From the human T2T-CHM13v2.0 reference genome, Homo sapiens, in assembly GCF_009914755.1 (NCBI RefSeq), contig NC_060934.1: a stretch of DNA of 64,000 nucleotides; one strand, 5' to 3'. How positions within the stretch are numbered: the first letter of the stretch is position 1; every line of letters begins with the position of its first letter. A model generated the notes under the pieces. It saw nothing but the letters and a program-made list of their open reading frames with translations, did no database searches and was not told the DNA's origin. Shown here in pieces: positions 34,244-50,994 of this stretch. Both the position numbers and the translations under genes were made by a program.

Positions 34244-37200
34244 AGATCCTTTGCATGGTAACCACAACAGTGCCTACCCTGTGTCATCTAGTTTTCAGCA
34301 ACCCGGACTTGGATTACTTAATTCCGTTTTCTTTGAAATGATGTGGCATTGTTATTGGTAACATACAATTCAGTTTATTCTGAGGAAAGAAAAGCAGGGC
34401 TTTAAAAGCATTATGACCTGAGTAAGTAGCTCACTGAAAGATTTCTAACACAAAAGCATGCTTTTGAGCATAAGATCTAGCTTTCCAAAGGCATTTAAAA
34501 ATTATAGAGACTCAGTGGCTATGAATGATGAGGTACTCTTCATCTGCCTCTAGTCATGTGCTCTGACTTTAAAACCAGAGACCCTTCAAGTAAAGTCCAT
34601 GTTAATAAGTGCTGAAATGGGTAATTATTTTTCATGATTACAACAGCAAGCTTATGTAACTACGCTGAGAGGGAAAAGTTAATTCCATGAGAAAATCCTA
34701 TTGAGCGACTGAAATAAATTAGGAAAAGGAAAGGAAATGCACATTTCAAATGGTTCCGTTTTCAATGATCTGAAATCTGTATTCAGGGTCAATTTCTGGA
34801 AAAACAATTTATATGAATATTTATTTCCTAAAAAGAATACTAATGTATGCTAGTATTTTAACCAAATCTAAAATCAGATCTCTTTTTAAAAATAGTTTAA
34901 GACAGCCTGTGTGATAATTTTTATTTAAAGAACCTATCTTTCTAAAATATTTAATACACATACTCTTATAATCCAGTTGCCAGCTGAAAGAAAGGCTCTT
35001 TGAGGGTGCAGGTTTCAGCATGGCTTCTTCTAGAATAGAGTTTATTTAAGTCAAAATGAAGAAGCCACATGGCAGTTTAATTAAACATCCTATATCAATA
35101 AATATGATTTACTAAATGAATACCTAAGGCTCCACTGCAAAATCTCTTTCTAGGCTCACTATGCACTAGAGGAAAGCAATATGAATACAAAAGTAGCCAC
35201 CACCTTTTCCTAGAGATGAATTGATGTACTATACAATTCAATTAAAGGATAAAAGTTCTTCTTCAATAGAACTATTGCATAGTGAGGAGAAAATGGCTGT
35301 TGCTCTTAAGAAATAATTCTCTAAAACATAGGAAAAGTGTCCCTAGCTTCCATATGCGGTCATCTGTATAAAATCACATAAAAGGTCACATACTTCACAA
35401 CCATGATGACAAATTATTAACTTTAGGAGCCTCGTGAGACTGCAGATTTATTATCCTGGCGAGACAGACTTTCCTGGAAGATTTTATGGCTGTTATTATC
35501 ACCCACTACAAATGAACACCACTGTTTATTTTGTAGGTACAAATCTTAAAGGTACAAATCAAGCAGAATCTCAATGTACTCTGTTTATTCACTGCTCCAA
35601 TCCTAACTTCAAATCACTGTGTAACCAAATACACTTTCCCATCTTCCTGATAGAGCAGGGGGAAGTGGGGGAAGTGTCGTGGTGGGTGTCGGGGGTAAGA
35701 AGTGGAGATAAAGTCAGAGGAGATGAAGCAGGTTTAAAATCCTTGTGACAATTCTCAGACTTGGCTGTTGTGAAATTTTAAAGTTGTATGCACAGCCACT
35801 CAAATAAAATGAATTATCCTGATATGGAAGCAAGTAAAAATAACATAAATAGACAGGCAAACAGCATGAATGAAAGTCATCCCAGGAGTGATATACAATC
35901 TGAGGGACAGCTTTTGGGAATGAGGAGGAAAACAAAAGGACTGAGGCTGGAGCCCAAGAAACGGGTGAAGGGGGAGAAGAAAGATGGGGCAGGGAAGATA
36001 GAAGAGAAGAGAAAGGCTGATAGAAATGGGGTTAGAGAAAGAGAGCATGAGAGACAGACACACAGAGAGAAAGACATACACAAACAGGCTCAGAGAAAGT
36101 GAGGCCTTCTCATAATCATTAAGCATCATTCCCCCGCCCCCACTTTTTTTGTAAACTTCCCAACACCTTTCTTTTTTAATTTAGATTTTTCAAGTCCTGG
36201 GTATGTATATTTGAAGGCATATTTTAAGTCAGCAGTGTGCACACAAACCAGGCCACAATAACTCCTCTACATGTAGGGAGGACATTTGGGCATTTAATTG
36301 AAAGATAATTACAGATTATTAAAGAAATCAAACACAAAAAGCCAGTCAGGAAATCTTACTTTGTTCTAAACAAAACTGTTGGTATTTTCAAAGACAGACA
36401 TCAGTCAAAGGTCAGACACTTATTAGCTGGTGTTTTTCTTTGCATACTTATAAGGAGAAACAGAGTTGAATAAAATCTTTCCCTGAATGGAATACTGATA
36501 ACATTACTGGAATTTTATTCTAGGTATATCCATCCCCACCCCCACCATGACCCACTATGCCATTTCAAGTTAAGTAATAATCCCATTAGTATACAGTAAA
36601 TCAAACCCAAAGCACTACAACCTCCATTTTAAAATACGAGCAAGTGATAGTCCGGAACCCAGCCAGAAAGTCATTCCTGGCTCTTCTGTGAGGCACTCTG
36701 CCATATGGCCCCAGCAGCATTTTCAATACAGGGAAGAGGCAGATGTAAAAACCTCCTGGGCTGACCACTGCTGAGACCCACAATTTATCTCTGACCATCT
36801 AGTTTCCATGCAAACTCAGAAGCATCGATGCTAATCACATTGGAAGCCTTTATATGAATGTTTAGGACCTGAAAGGCAAGCAGGGAAAAAGGTCAGGGGT
36901 ATTTACCATAACTAAGCAGGGCTTAAAGAACACAGCAATAAATAAAAAAGGGAAGACATATTCAATTTATTGACTTCAGCCTCCCACCACATACTCTTAC
37001 CATTTTTCTTATTCAACTAGCTAGCCATACCTCTCTTTTGAGATTAAATACACTCTCACACACACAACTCCCCACTGCTAGAAACTATAATCATAAGTAG
37101 AAACTATGCATAAAAGGAAATAACACAATAAAATGCTACATAATCAGCTTAACAAATGGCTCATCAGATTACGTACTGGATCTTTCAGAAGCCACATAAA

Positions 37201-37844
37201 AGTGGGGGGACTTTCAGTTGTTTGGCATTTCCGGAGCACTCAGAGCATTTTGCTCATGACAGGCTTTGAGATATAATAAAAGAACACTGAGTTTGAGTAG
37301 AAGACAGTGATCAAGTTCCAGTTGTGCTAACAATTCATTTATTCTCCCTGAACCTTATCAGTAGAGAGGCTTCCCTACCTAGAAAATTCCATAGACAGAA
37401 TCAAAGCAAGCCATCAAAAGACAGTATCAATGGTGATGTACAGTTGTTGTTCCTATTATTTGCTAGCTTAGGCTCATTAAAACACACACCATCTCACAGT
37501 GAAAGGCAAGTGCAGACATCCTGGCTGCTTAGGATTCTCTACAACATTGTGGAGACTAACACTAGGTTACCTGCCTTAATTCATTTTTCATGTTCTGCTA
37601 TCCAAAAGAACATCCATCACCTAGGAAGACAAGAATATGCCTGATTTCAAATCTTCAACGGAACTACTTAAACTCTTATTTGGTGAGAATGCTATTTGCT
37701 GCAAGCTTAAATCCGTCACGGTCACTCTGGACTTAAAAATGGCTTTAATTCATTTAATAGATCAATAATTATTTCTAAAAATAGTTCTAATTTTTGACTA
37801 GTCATGAGGTAAGAATTATTAATTCAGTTCATTCAAAGGGAGAC

Positions 37845-38060
37845 TGTGTAGCAGAATGGTTAAGGGACACAGCTTCTCAAAGGAGACTACATCCTGCGTT
37901 TGAATCTCAAGTCTACTAGTTACTGTGTTAACTTGGTGAAGTAACCTCCCCTCTCTAAACTTCCACCTCATTTTAAAAATGAGTGTAACAACAATTCCTA
38001 ATCAATATTCTAATTCATATGGTTAATGTGACAAGTAAATGAATTTCAGATAATGCTGAG
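37845..38060 (+). mobile_element. MIR
   Basis: gtgtagcagaatggttaag...tttgaatctca...ccctctctaaacttccacctcattttaaaaatg. Confidence 0.55.
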
Positions 38061-38365
38061 TAAGCTAAGGTACTTGCGCTAAAATAAGGCATTACATAAT
38101 GCCCAGGCCAAAAAAATCAACATTCATTTACAGGCAGTTGCATTGTTCTAATTAATATTCCCTTCATTTAAAAAAATGGCCCAGCCTTGATTCCCATCAA
38201 GCCCAACATGCTGACTTTCAGCGCTAACCAGCTCAGTCTTCAGGATAAATGACCATGTACAATGAAAAAGATAAACCTGCCATCGCCAAGAAGCCCCAGG
38301 CTTCCCCACTCAGAAGGTTGGCTGAAAAACAAAGGTCTTTTAAAATTAAAATATATAATAAAATT

Positions 38366-38723
<358 letters not shown>

Positions 38724-39091
38724 TCACCAAAGCCAAGCCTTCCCAAGACATCTTGACCTCTGCCTGTCAGCCATCCAGCAGCGATGGGTCTTTGCTCCCT
38801 ACAGAACTCTGTGGATTCTATTTCTTCCATAAGAAATAAAATGCTATATGCTGAATAAGTAAAATAGGGTGAAGTAGACACAATGACAATGTGTCTATGG
38901 AGGAGTAATTGGAAAGAAGCTATCCACACTAGCTTTTTTGGAAAAGCCTCAAAAAATCTGTGAAATTCCACCCTCAAAATCAAATTACAAAAATTGTCCA
39001 CTCTTATTAACTTTGTGTTCAGCTTGATTTCTGACAACTGACTTGTTCTTCCCTGAACTATTTTTTCTTCTGCACGTAAAAGTAATATATG

Positions 39092-39118
39092 GGCTGGGCG
39101 CAGTGGCTCACGCCTGTG
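39092..39118 (+). mobile_element. Isolated Alu 5' stub (~27 bp)
   Basis: ggctgggcgcagtggctcacgcctgt followed by unique sequence. Confidence 0.75.
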
Positions 39119-39404
39119 AAACAGGTTTTTTATATAACTGCAATTGCAGATTCCAATGCTCTGTGTTTTCTCTCAATTCTACCCCAATTACTAACGAAAT
39201 CAGAAGTAAAAGCTATGTTTGATTATATGTGGCTTAAAAATAAAACATCTCGTAATTCCTAAGACTAAGACATAATATGAAAAGTAAAAGACAAGAGACT
39301 GAGAACAAAGGGTCTAAATTATAGTCTTAGCACTCTGCCACTAACCAGCTCCATTACTCAAAACAAGTCACTTAATTCTCAAATATTTCATCTGTAAAAT
39401 TTCT

Positions 39405-40120
39405 TTTCATTCATTCAAGAAGCATTTATTGAAGGCCTACAATGCATGAGACTTTGTGAAAATAACAAAGACAGTTAAGATCCCTGTCCCACTGAAATGA
39501 TTAAATAAGCAATTATGAAGTAGTCTAGGTAGTACAGTAGGAAAAGTAGGGGACAGTAAAGGCACACATCTGGCTGTACAAACCTAAGGAGTACCTTGGA
39601 TGCCTCTCTCTGCCCATCTACCAATCCTGTCCATCACCATCACTCTGGCTACCCCTTCAAATGTCTCCACACCTCTGTCCCCTCCCCTACACTATCCCAG
39701 CTACCATCCTCTTTCCCGGTGCATTGCAGTAGCCTCTCCAATTGGGTAAACTCATGTACTCTGGCCCCTCTCTGCTTGATTCCCACATTACAGCCAAAAT
39801 AAACTTTTGAAAATGTAAATCTGAACACATGTGCTAGTCTCCCTCTACCCACATATCTAATCCTCCAATGACTTCCTGTTGTTTTCAGATGGCCTAGTGA
39901 GGCACAGCATGGTCCAGCCTCCAGCTACTTCTGTAGCCTCTACCATCTCCATGCTCCTTCTCACTCTCTGTGCTGCAACCACACTGTCTTCTCTCAGTCT
40001 CTGGACATGTCAGGTCCTTCTTGCAACAGTGACTTTACACATACTTTTCCCCTGCCTAGAATGCAACCACCTCTCCTTCTCCTTGGCAAAACTCTTATTC
40101 ACCCTTTTGTACTTAATTCA
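39405..40120. mobile_element. L2 remnants
   Basis: cattcattcaagaagcatttattgaaggcctac; pyrimidine-rich L2-like body. Confidence 0.55.
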
Positions 40121-40127
40121 AAAGTTG

Positions 40128-40262
40128 CGCTGGGCATGGTGACATGTACCTGTAGTCCTAGTTACTTTAGAGACTGAGGTGGGAGGATCTCTTGAGCCCA
40201 GGAATTTGAGACCAGCCTGGGCAACATAATGAGACCCAGTCTCAAAACAACAACAGCAAGAA
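40128..40262 (+). mobile_element. Alu monomer (FLAM-like)
   Basis: Single arm with ttgagcccaggaatttgagaccagcctgggcaacata and A-rich tail. Confidence 0.8.
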
Positions 40263-41199
40263 AAGTTATTTCCTTGAGGAAAGTTTCCTTTATTAAATTA
40301 TATCTTTCTTTAATAAAACGTCATGGTGCTGTGCACCTCTCCAGAGGTACACACAGGCTAGCATAGGAACCTGGAGTAGCAAACCTATCCTAGCAGAATC
40401 TGAGACACCAGAAAAACTGATACGTGAACTGAGTACTGGAGGAGGAATAAAAGCCACGTGGAAAAGAGAAGGGCATCTGTGACGTGAGGTTTGAAAATGA
40501 GACAATACTACATAACAGTAAGAACTCAGAAACTGGCTTCTCCTTTCTCTGTAACCTTATGGCACTTAATACACTGTGGGGAATATTGCAGTTGCTCATT
40601 GTACATTTGAACTAAACATTGACTAAATACCAGTATCTAAAAACAAACTTACCTACTGTACAAACTTGAAAAATAGATTAAAAATATGCCCCTTGCAACT
40701 AATATTTATGTAACCAAGGAGCATATTATATATTAAAAAAAAACTATCCTGTTTGCTAACACTAGGATTTTAAAGAAATTTTCTTAGATAACATTATTTT
40801 TCATTCTTTGCTGCCCCTTTCTTAGTGTTGATAGTAGAGGGTAACCATATATAATAACAAATTATCATCAATATTTTAATGTTTGAAGGTCATAAAAATA
40901 TAACCCAAGAATTATGACAGTCTAAGAGCAGCTTATATTCAAGTCATCTGCTATACTTTCATCTGCTAAACACACAATAAATGCACCGAAATGTCTAGTT
41001 TTTAAGTTTAATTAAAAATTTACATTAGGAACTAACCAGCTGAATTCTAGAATTCTTCTCATCTTAAGAGAGTAAAACATTCTCCAATTTTAAAAGGCTA
41101 AAAAATATGGTCTTCGGGGCTGACACTCTGATATTGGAGAGAATTGTGAATTCATTTCTCTGCTGCCATGTGGAGTTATAAGGAATGCTGCCCACATAA

Positions 41200-42127
41200 A
41201 GTAAGTTGCATTAGAAACAATGACACTCTAGCAGCAATGAGCACACCTATCACCTAGATGTTGGTCTCTAAATACCGTTGTACAATAAAAGAGACCAGGA
41301 ATCCTTGAGAAAATGGTTCATTCCAGGATTGAGGCATGGAAAATGTAAGATGAATCTGGAACAATGTATGATTCCAGAATGAAAGTTAATGCTCAAAAAA
41401 AGGATAGGGCTTATCAAAAGAACATAGGAGTCAACCTAAAGGAGCCCTAATGGCCAAAGCTAGAATAATTAAAGCAGTAAAATAAATAATACTGTTTAAT
41501 TTAAACTGACACAACAAAATAAATATCCATGAGTCCATTCTGATATTTTAAAAACGGGGGAAAAGGGATAGCTCTTCCTTACAATGGAATTTCAATTAGC
41601 AAATGTAGAAGAGGGAAGCAGAAAATTCACAACAGGCAAACACTATGGTAATAATCATTGCAGACAAGATGCACCAATGGATGCCAAAATTAGTAGGGAT
41701 AAATGTGAGGCAAAACAACATTTGCATAGTGTTTTATCTTTTGGAAAATATTTATTAATCACAAAAGGAAATATGGTAACTTTATAGTGGAAAAAGTCAG
41801 CAGACACTACCTTTGCCAACTGATCACCAGTAATAAGAAGTATCATGATCCCACTGATATGGTGCACTGAGAAGGACACAGGATCATTTCTGTGGTATTC
41901 TCCCAAAAATGCATGACCTCATTCCAATCCTGAAAAAACATCAGCCAAACCCAGACTGAGAATATTCTCCAAAATAACTGTGATGAGTACTCTTCAAAAC
42001 TGTCAAGATCACGAAAGAAAAGAAAAAACAAGGAACATGTTGGAGGAGACTAGGTAATTAAATGTAACTGGGATGCTGGGTAGGATCCTGGAACAGAAAA
42101 AGGATACTAGAAAAACTGGTAGAATCA
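41200..42127 (+). mobile_element. Old L1 3' UTR remnant (L1MC/MD-like)
   Basis: Resembles 10600-11500; words such as atggtaactttatagtggaaaaa...atcatttctgtggtattctccc. Confidence 0.6.
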
Positions 42128-42439
42128 GACTGGGTGCAGTGGCTCACACCTGTAATCCCAGCACTTTGGGAGATAGAAGCAGGCAGATCACCTGGGGTCA
42201 GGAGTTCGACACCAGCCTGGCCAACATGGTGAAACCCCGTCTCTACTAAAAATACAAAAATTAGCCAGGTGTGGTGGCATGCACCTGTAAGCCCAGCTAC
42301 TCAGGAGGCTGAGAAAGGAGAATCGCTTGAACCCGGGAGGTGGAGGTTTCAGTTGGCCAAGATTGCGCCACTGCACTCCAGCCTGGGCAACAGAGTGAAG
42401 CTCCGTCTTAAAATTAAAAAAAAAAAAAAAAAAAAAAAA
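42128..42439 (+). mobile_element. Alu (AluS)
   Basis: Full dimer, long A tail. Confidence 0.92.
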
Positions 42440-43199
42440 GTGATGCTACTGATCATTCTACTTCAGAGACAAAAGCAGTATGGCAAACAAAAGTGGGTTT
42501 TGTTTGTGTATCCGCTCTATGACTTTATCTCCTACTCTGCATACTGCCCTACCCTCAGAGGCAGGCTCTGGGTGACCAGAGGCAGTGAAGGGCATTACAC
42601 ACAGCCTGCTGGGAAAGGGGCACAGATTATAGCAATTTTCTCAAGTCTCACACTGAAATCAGGGAAGAAAACTCACATATTCTATTCATGGGTCCTATAA
42701 AGATAATTCTCAAGTGAAGAAAGAAACAGAGGTGGGGATATGGGAGTAGTGAGTAGGAGGGAAGAACAAACATTAATTTGCCAAGAAGATTCTTTAAAAT
42801 ATTTTTGTTTGTGTAGAAGATAGAGAAAGTAGTCACCTGGGAAAATGGCTGGAATCTAAAACTTTATCAATACCTTCACACTGTATTAATTTAGTCGAGC
42901 AGTTTGAACATTCTTTTGTTTTTCTTTTAAAAATATTACACTGATAAATTAACCATGTCTATAAAGGGTCAAAATCACCTTTCACTTTTCATCAAAACAA
43001 TTACACTTTTCAAGTCTCATAAGACAGCTCATGACTTTAGACTCTCATTTTATAAGACCTTTGTAGAAAGGAGGACTTTTCCTCTACCTTTCACAGTATT
43101 TCAGCATTAAGGAATATAAGCACAACAAAAGTTCTCGTGAATAATCAAACTGAAGAGGCATGTGGAGTCCAGAGAACTGGGGAATCATCTGAGAGGACA

Positions 43200-43420
43200 G
43201 AAAGAACATGGGCCCTGGAGTAAGACAGGCCTGAAATAAAATCTCAGTTCTGTGACTTACTAGCTCCTGGATCCTAATCAAGTTCTTTTAACCTCAATGA
43301 ACTTTAATCACCTTGCCTGCAAAATGGTGAAAATGTCACTTAAGTACTGTAAAAATTAAATAAGACAACTGCATATAAAATGCTTGGCCTATGGAATTCA
43401 TTCAAGAAATATTATTAGTT
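43200..43420 (+). mobile_element. MIR
   Basis: ggccctggagtaagacaggcctg...acttactagct...caagttctttaacctc...ctgcaaaatgg. Confidence 0.55.
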
Positions 43421-43472
43421 CCTTCCACCTTTGTCTTTTTCATTGTTAAAGAGGTGTTTTCTGAAAACATAC

Positions 43473-43672
<200 letters not shown>

Positions 43673-44388
43673 TTAGTTTAGCAATTTCAAAAGCAGAGGC
43701 ACCAAATTGCATTTGCTAAATTAAGGCAGAAATAATTTCAGGCCATTCTTGAATCCTTAAATCAGCAATATTGTAAAAGTCAAGGGCTGTTTATCAGGGA
43801 TGATTCAGAAAATGCACTTATTTGACAAACTGCAGATTTCTAATCAATAATAATGATAGTGAAGAGAATATAAAACATTACTTATTAGTGAAAAACAAGA
43901 TTGCTTCAGCAAGTAAATAAAAACACATTGCCCATGTAATGAAAAATTAGAACAAAAGATGAAACAAAAATATATAACATTGTTTAAGCTAAATTTTGTT
44001 CTTATTTATATTAAAAATTATTGGCTAGAATAATCTTTCTTAGTCCTCAATAAAATGATCTAAGATAATTCAACAAATAAGTCTTAACCCTCCCTCTTAT
44101 TCCAAATTACACTTCATACTCACAATTTCCTTATAAGAATCAAATCTAACTTCATTAAAGCTATTAATAGAACATGTAAAAACCACCATACGGACATGTA
44201 TAAGTTGTAAAAAGATAAGACATTTCTTACATAACCAAACATTCCAAGTCATGGAAGATGTAAGACATTTTTCCTTCAAATCTTTTATGTCTAAAATGTC
44301 TTCTAGTTATGCCACCAAATTCACTTACCTTTTATTTCAGTATAATCCACACGACCTGAGTATTGTGTTCAGTGGGTTTTATTCTGTT

Positions 44389-45175
44389 TGTAAACCAAAA
44401 ATAAAGTTCCAAGCCCCCCAACCAACTGAATGAACCCCTCCTCTCGACCAAGGGGATTCCAAAGTTAACCTGAAACACTAGTCCACACCATGATAGGAAG
44501 TGTGGGTCTGACACGCCTCATTATATGCTCCTCACTTTAGAATTCAGCACAAGTGACCAGCATTAACAAGAAAACAGAGACCTTAAAACTGATGAAACAA
44601 ATCTTTTTATAATAATAAGACTCAACTCCAGCCTGACTCGAGTATAGCATCACATGACAGATAGCATACCTTGAAAGAATTGAAGTATTTTACCCCAAAA
44701 TATATTTCTTTGACATATTTTGAAATAGCCCTGCAAAGCTGTCTGTTGGGAAAATGTACGTTCTGTAAAGAATCTCTATTCCTTTCCAGGTGAGAATTAA
44801 GAAAGGGTGTGGTACCTTTTTAGATCTGATAAAAGCTCTGAAGCCTGTTACAAGGTTTCATCCACATGATAAAACCTTGGTCTCCACAAACCCTTATCTT
44901 AACCCAGATATTCCTTTCTATTGATTCCAGGTCTTTGACTCTTCCAACCAATTGCCAATCAGAAAATCTTTGAATCTACCTAAGACCTGTAAGCCCCCCT
45001 TACATGTATTGATTGATGTCTTATGTCTCCCTAAAATGTATAAAGCCAAGCCTGACCATCTTGGGCACATGTTCTCAGATCTCCTGGGGCTGTGTTACAG
45101 GCCACTGGTTACTCCCATTTGGCTCAAAATAAATCTCTTCAAATATTTTACAGAGTTTGACTCTTTTTGTTAACA
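44389..45175 (+). mobile_element. ERV1 solo LTR (MER4-family, MER4E-like)
   Basis: TG...CA termini (tgtaaaccaaaaataaa ... gactctttttgttaaca), AATAAA near the 3' end, 4-bp flanks tgtt/tatt. Confidence 0.82.
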
Positions 45176-46944
45176 TATTTTAAATGTTAAACTATGTTTT
45201 TAAAGACATGCTGATAAAATCAAAGACCAACTACCAGTTTATCCTTCTGCTGTTAAGTTTCAAAATGCTCCCACAGAATATTTAGAGATGCATTTCATTC
45301 TCCCCTTCAGTAAGACCCAGAACTAAGAGTTTCGGGTAACTGCACTCATCTCAAAATGGCATGCCTAGAGCAAACTGTCCTGATCATACCTCAGGAGTGG
45401 ACACCCAGAATGAACCTGAGGAAAGGGCAGGCAAGACAAACCAAAACTGCGGTGCTGAATAATGAATGCTTTTCTAAGTACAGAAGTACACACCACTGCT
45501 AGAATAAGAGTTTGCCAGAAAAAAGAACAGATTAAACTTGTAATTCAACTATTTCTCTTGGAAAAATTCAAAGGTAAACAAATAAGCAAAAGGTAAAGAA
45601 TGTATTTTCACTATGTTATACAAAATTCTCTCCCCTTCAGGTCTTAGCAATCACCATTTCTGAGAAAAATAGAGAGCTCATATTGATCTCCATTTTCCAT
45701 CCTGTGCATTTGTTCACAACCAAGCAACGAGTTTAGAAAAGGTGACAGTGCATCAATGGCTTCAAGCAAAGTGCTGCTTGGTTTTAGGAAGAAATGAGTT
45801 TTTAACTACCATTTACCAAGTTATTCAGAAAAATGATTTTAAAAATTAATGGTAAATATTTCAGGCTTAATGGACTTCAAACACAAACATTTCTTGTCTC
45901 CCAAATAAACAAATAGTATAATTTTAAATAGAGTTAATGATTTCTCCTCTCTTGGTGAGGAGAAATGCCTAAAAACTCATTATTTGGAGAAATCAGGAGA
46001 TGTAAATCTTACTGTCAAGCAATCGGCTCAACAAAATAAGAGGCTGGTTACTGTGAACCAAGATATTTCAAAAAGTTCCTGACCAAATTTGTTTCCTTTA
46101 ATTTTATTTTGATAAATCTAAAATTTACCCTTTAGATTTGGCCTAGAGTACTTCAATGTGATAAATTATTAAACACCAACATATACAATTTAACTTGCCA
46201 CAAGACGTATTTTGATCTCAAATAAAAATCTTAACTTTCACAGCAGAGATTGACTTTTCAATAGGGGGCAAAGCACAGAATTTCCATGCCTACCCGTTGA
46301 TATGCTAATGGAGAAGAAAGTCACTGAGAGAAGCCAGGACAAAAAGCTGAGGACTCAGGGGTCTGATTTTGGTTCCAAGGGACTTGTTATAGCTTACAAA
46401 GTCAGATACCTTTGAACAAAAATTTCTCATTAAATAAAATATGGAAACTCTCATATGCACGAGGGGAAGAGGATTAAATGGCCCACACCCAAAGGCTACC
46501 TACTACCTATTATTGATTATGAACTACATATTGAATTCAAAAAGCATATAATTAAGCACCATGCAAACCAGGGACACAAAGAGGATCTCCCTTTAAGGAG
46601 ACTATAATCCAGTGGCAAGAGATATATAATGACAAGAATTACAAAACAATGATTTGAGTGCTTCAAGAGGGATGAACCTTGCCTGGGAGGCAGGGAAGGC
46701 TTCACAGGGGAAGTAACAGACAGGCATACCTAGGAAGTAGGGAGAGATTTTACTAAGTAAGGAGAGAAAGGAAAAAGAACAAACATGGAATATGATCAAG
46801 CAAATAACTTCCAACAGAAACAAGAAGATATGTTTTAAAATATATTTCCCCTGCCCAATAGTAAAACTTATTTCAGGCACAATGCATTACTGAGGTGAAA
46901 TTAAAGTTACATAAAATTGAAAACATCACACTGGAAAACATTTC

Positions 46945-47140
46945 ATGGGTCTCAACTGAAGGTGGCATAGTCCAGGAAGGCATTTGGACATGTATGGGTT
47001 GTTTTCTGGTTGCCCCAGTGACCCTATTTGTGGTTTTTGGGGTGTCCTAATGACATATTGCAATGCATGGGACCATTATACACATTCAGAAATTGTTCCA
47101 CCCAAATGTCCATAGGGCCCCTGTGGAGTAAAATGCTAGC
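46945..47140. mobile_element. hAT DNA transposon remnant (MER20-like)
   Basis: ggtctcaac...gcatttggacatgt...tggttgcc...gcaatgcatggga...cccaaatgtccatag. Confidence 0.45.
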
Positions 47141-47257
47141 AGAACCCTGGCTAGCAGCCATGCAGCAAGAGGCGTTGGCCCTAGAAATAAAAGACAAAGG
47201 CAAATTCAAGCACGGTTGTGAGAAACACAGGAATAAAATTATGAACAAAACAAACCC

Positions 47258-48075
<818 letters not shown>

Positions 48076-48117
48076 ATGTACTCCAAACAAAATAAAATAC
48101 AGGATTCTTTATTTTTA

Positions 48118-48559
<442 letters not shown>

Positions 48560-48856
48560 TCATTTGTTGTAGAATTTGGGGGAGGGTGAGGAAGGAGTGG
48601 GTCGTATTAAGCCATTTTGAAAATACGCTATTCCAAATCCACTAGTATGTTTTGAAATAATGAATACTTTTTTAAGTTAGAGGTTATTTAAACAAAGAGA
48701 GAAAAAAGTCAAAGTAAACAAGCTTCAACAGTGTAAACAGAAGCTGAGGAATGGAATGCTGCATTTTTAATGTCCTTTTGTAGTACTCTCTACCCTCTAA
48801 CCTTTTCCTTAATACAGCAAAATTACTATACTCTTTGGCAAAAACTGTTTCCCATT

Positions 48857-48925
48857 TCTTCTCTTCTCTTCTCTTCCTCTCTCTCTCTCTCTCTCTCTGT
48901 CTCTCTGTCTCTCTCTCTCTCTCTG
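48857..48925. repeat. (CT)n-rich microsatellite
   Basis: Polypyrimidine/CT repeat ~80 bp downstream of the 93-bp exon's donor. Confidence 0.92.
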
Positions 48926-48958
48926 TGACCCTGGCCATTCAAGTTTAAGGGAAATTCA

Positions 48959-49174
<216 letters not shown>

Positions 49175-50835
49175 TTAAATTACATATCTGCTTTTCATGG
49201 AACCCCATAAAGTGGCACCCTATCAGCATCACCAAACACATGTACAAATGCATCAACAGGTGTATACAAATAAACTTACAAATTCATTTCCAAATGTATA
49301 TTTGGCATTAAGGCAATTCACCTTAATGCCCTCTGAAAAAAATGTAAGTATCCCAAATATCAAATATCCCTCACACAACATTCACAATAAAGTAAAAACA
49401 CTTGCAAATGGAAAACAGTACATTCTGCCCTTGGTTATATCAACTAGAAACTGCTAGACACCAGGGACTTTCTTAGAAGCCCCCAAGGACCCATCTAGTT
49501 TCAATGGTCTACAATTGAAGAAATCTCCATAAAAGCCACATTAATTACTTCAGAGCATACTCTATGGGTCAAATCTAATCTGTTGGGTAATAAACAATGA
49601 GGTTTCTGATGGTCTTAGAATTTCTCTTTTCCAGACACCCTTGGAAAGTGAAAACCACAATTCCCATATAAAAATTTGAAGCACAACAAAGATGCCATGC
49701 ATGGTCCATTTTTGTCTTTTATAAAATTTCCCCTCTCTATAACACCTTTTAATCTAATGTCTTTCTAAACATCAGGGTATTTCTTTAAAAGTACTGGAAA
49801 TGACAACACTCTTAATTTAGAGATACTACATATACAGTCAGGACTGAAGTAAATACTTTATCTACTTGAAATCACATTTTAACTAGAAGAGGCCTCAGTT
49901 ATAATCTAGTCTGAGCTTGTCACTATTACAGAGAAAACTGAGGCCAAGGAGGTTACCTGATCATCCTACATTGAGGTCAATTAAAACCAAATCAGAACAA
50001 GAACCTAAGTGTTCTGGTCTCTATGCCACAGCTCTTCCTACTTCCCTATGTGACCAATGTTTGGAATCGATGAAGAAACAGACTCTTGACAAAAATCAGG
50101 AACTAAGCTGAAATAAAGGTAAAACCATTTGTTTATCTGCAGCCGGACAGGGTATGTGTGTAAATAGAAAAAGTAACAAAGAATATTTGCCCTGATTTTG
50201 CCAGAAAATTCTAACACTAAGAATTTTCTTTACACCAAAACTCTAAAACCCAACCTATGTTTACTTCTCTTTTAAAATTAAGATAATGAGTAAACACATT
50301 CAGAATGAACAGAAGGATATTTGTAATTCAGAGAGTTGGAAATTCAATTAGTCATAAGCATACAGAAAATTAAACAAAAGACAATTATTAATTCTGGAGA
50401 AAAAGAGTTGTTTAAGAGAGGAAAAGCAATCACAGCCCATATATGAATAGTGTTTATACTATCCAACTGAAAAAAGACTACTGATGTAATTGAAATGAAT
50501 ATGAAAACTATAGTGAGAAAATGCAGAGGTAGAAATGAGGTTTGCATTTATGGTAGTGGAGAAAGTGAGAATAAGAGCTAAATCCTAATCTTCTAAAGTG
50601 GGACTTGTTTTAAAAAGACTTTAGAGTAGTCAAATGACTGCCTCTTTATAATCTGCCTCTTTAACTCTGTTAAAAATAAAAAAACTAAATTTTTAAAAAA
50701 TCATATATTCATAGATGACATTCTACTATTTTAGAGGTATGCACTAAAGATACTGGCTTCTCTATACCTGAAAATATATAAAATATATTAATGCATTTGT
50801 TTAAAATATTCAAACTCTTCCTGTTTATAATTTAT

Positions 50836-50985
50836 CTTTTTTTTTTTTTAATAGAAACAGGGTCTTGCTCTGTTGCCCAGGCTGGAGTGCTGTGGCATGA
50901 CCATAGCTCACTGTAACCTTGAACTCCTGGGCTCAAAAAATCTCTTCCTGCCTCAGCCTCCTGAGCAGCTAGGACTATACAGGCC
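50836..50985 (-). mobile_element. Alu monomer (FLAM-like)
   Basis: Single antisense arm after poly-T. Confidence 0.8.
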
Positions 50986-50994
50986 TTTTTGCTT

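Noticed and set aside
35788-36129. Overlapping 104-109 aa ORFs
   Set aside because: Purine-rich low-complexity tract; compositional ORFs with no recognisable domain.
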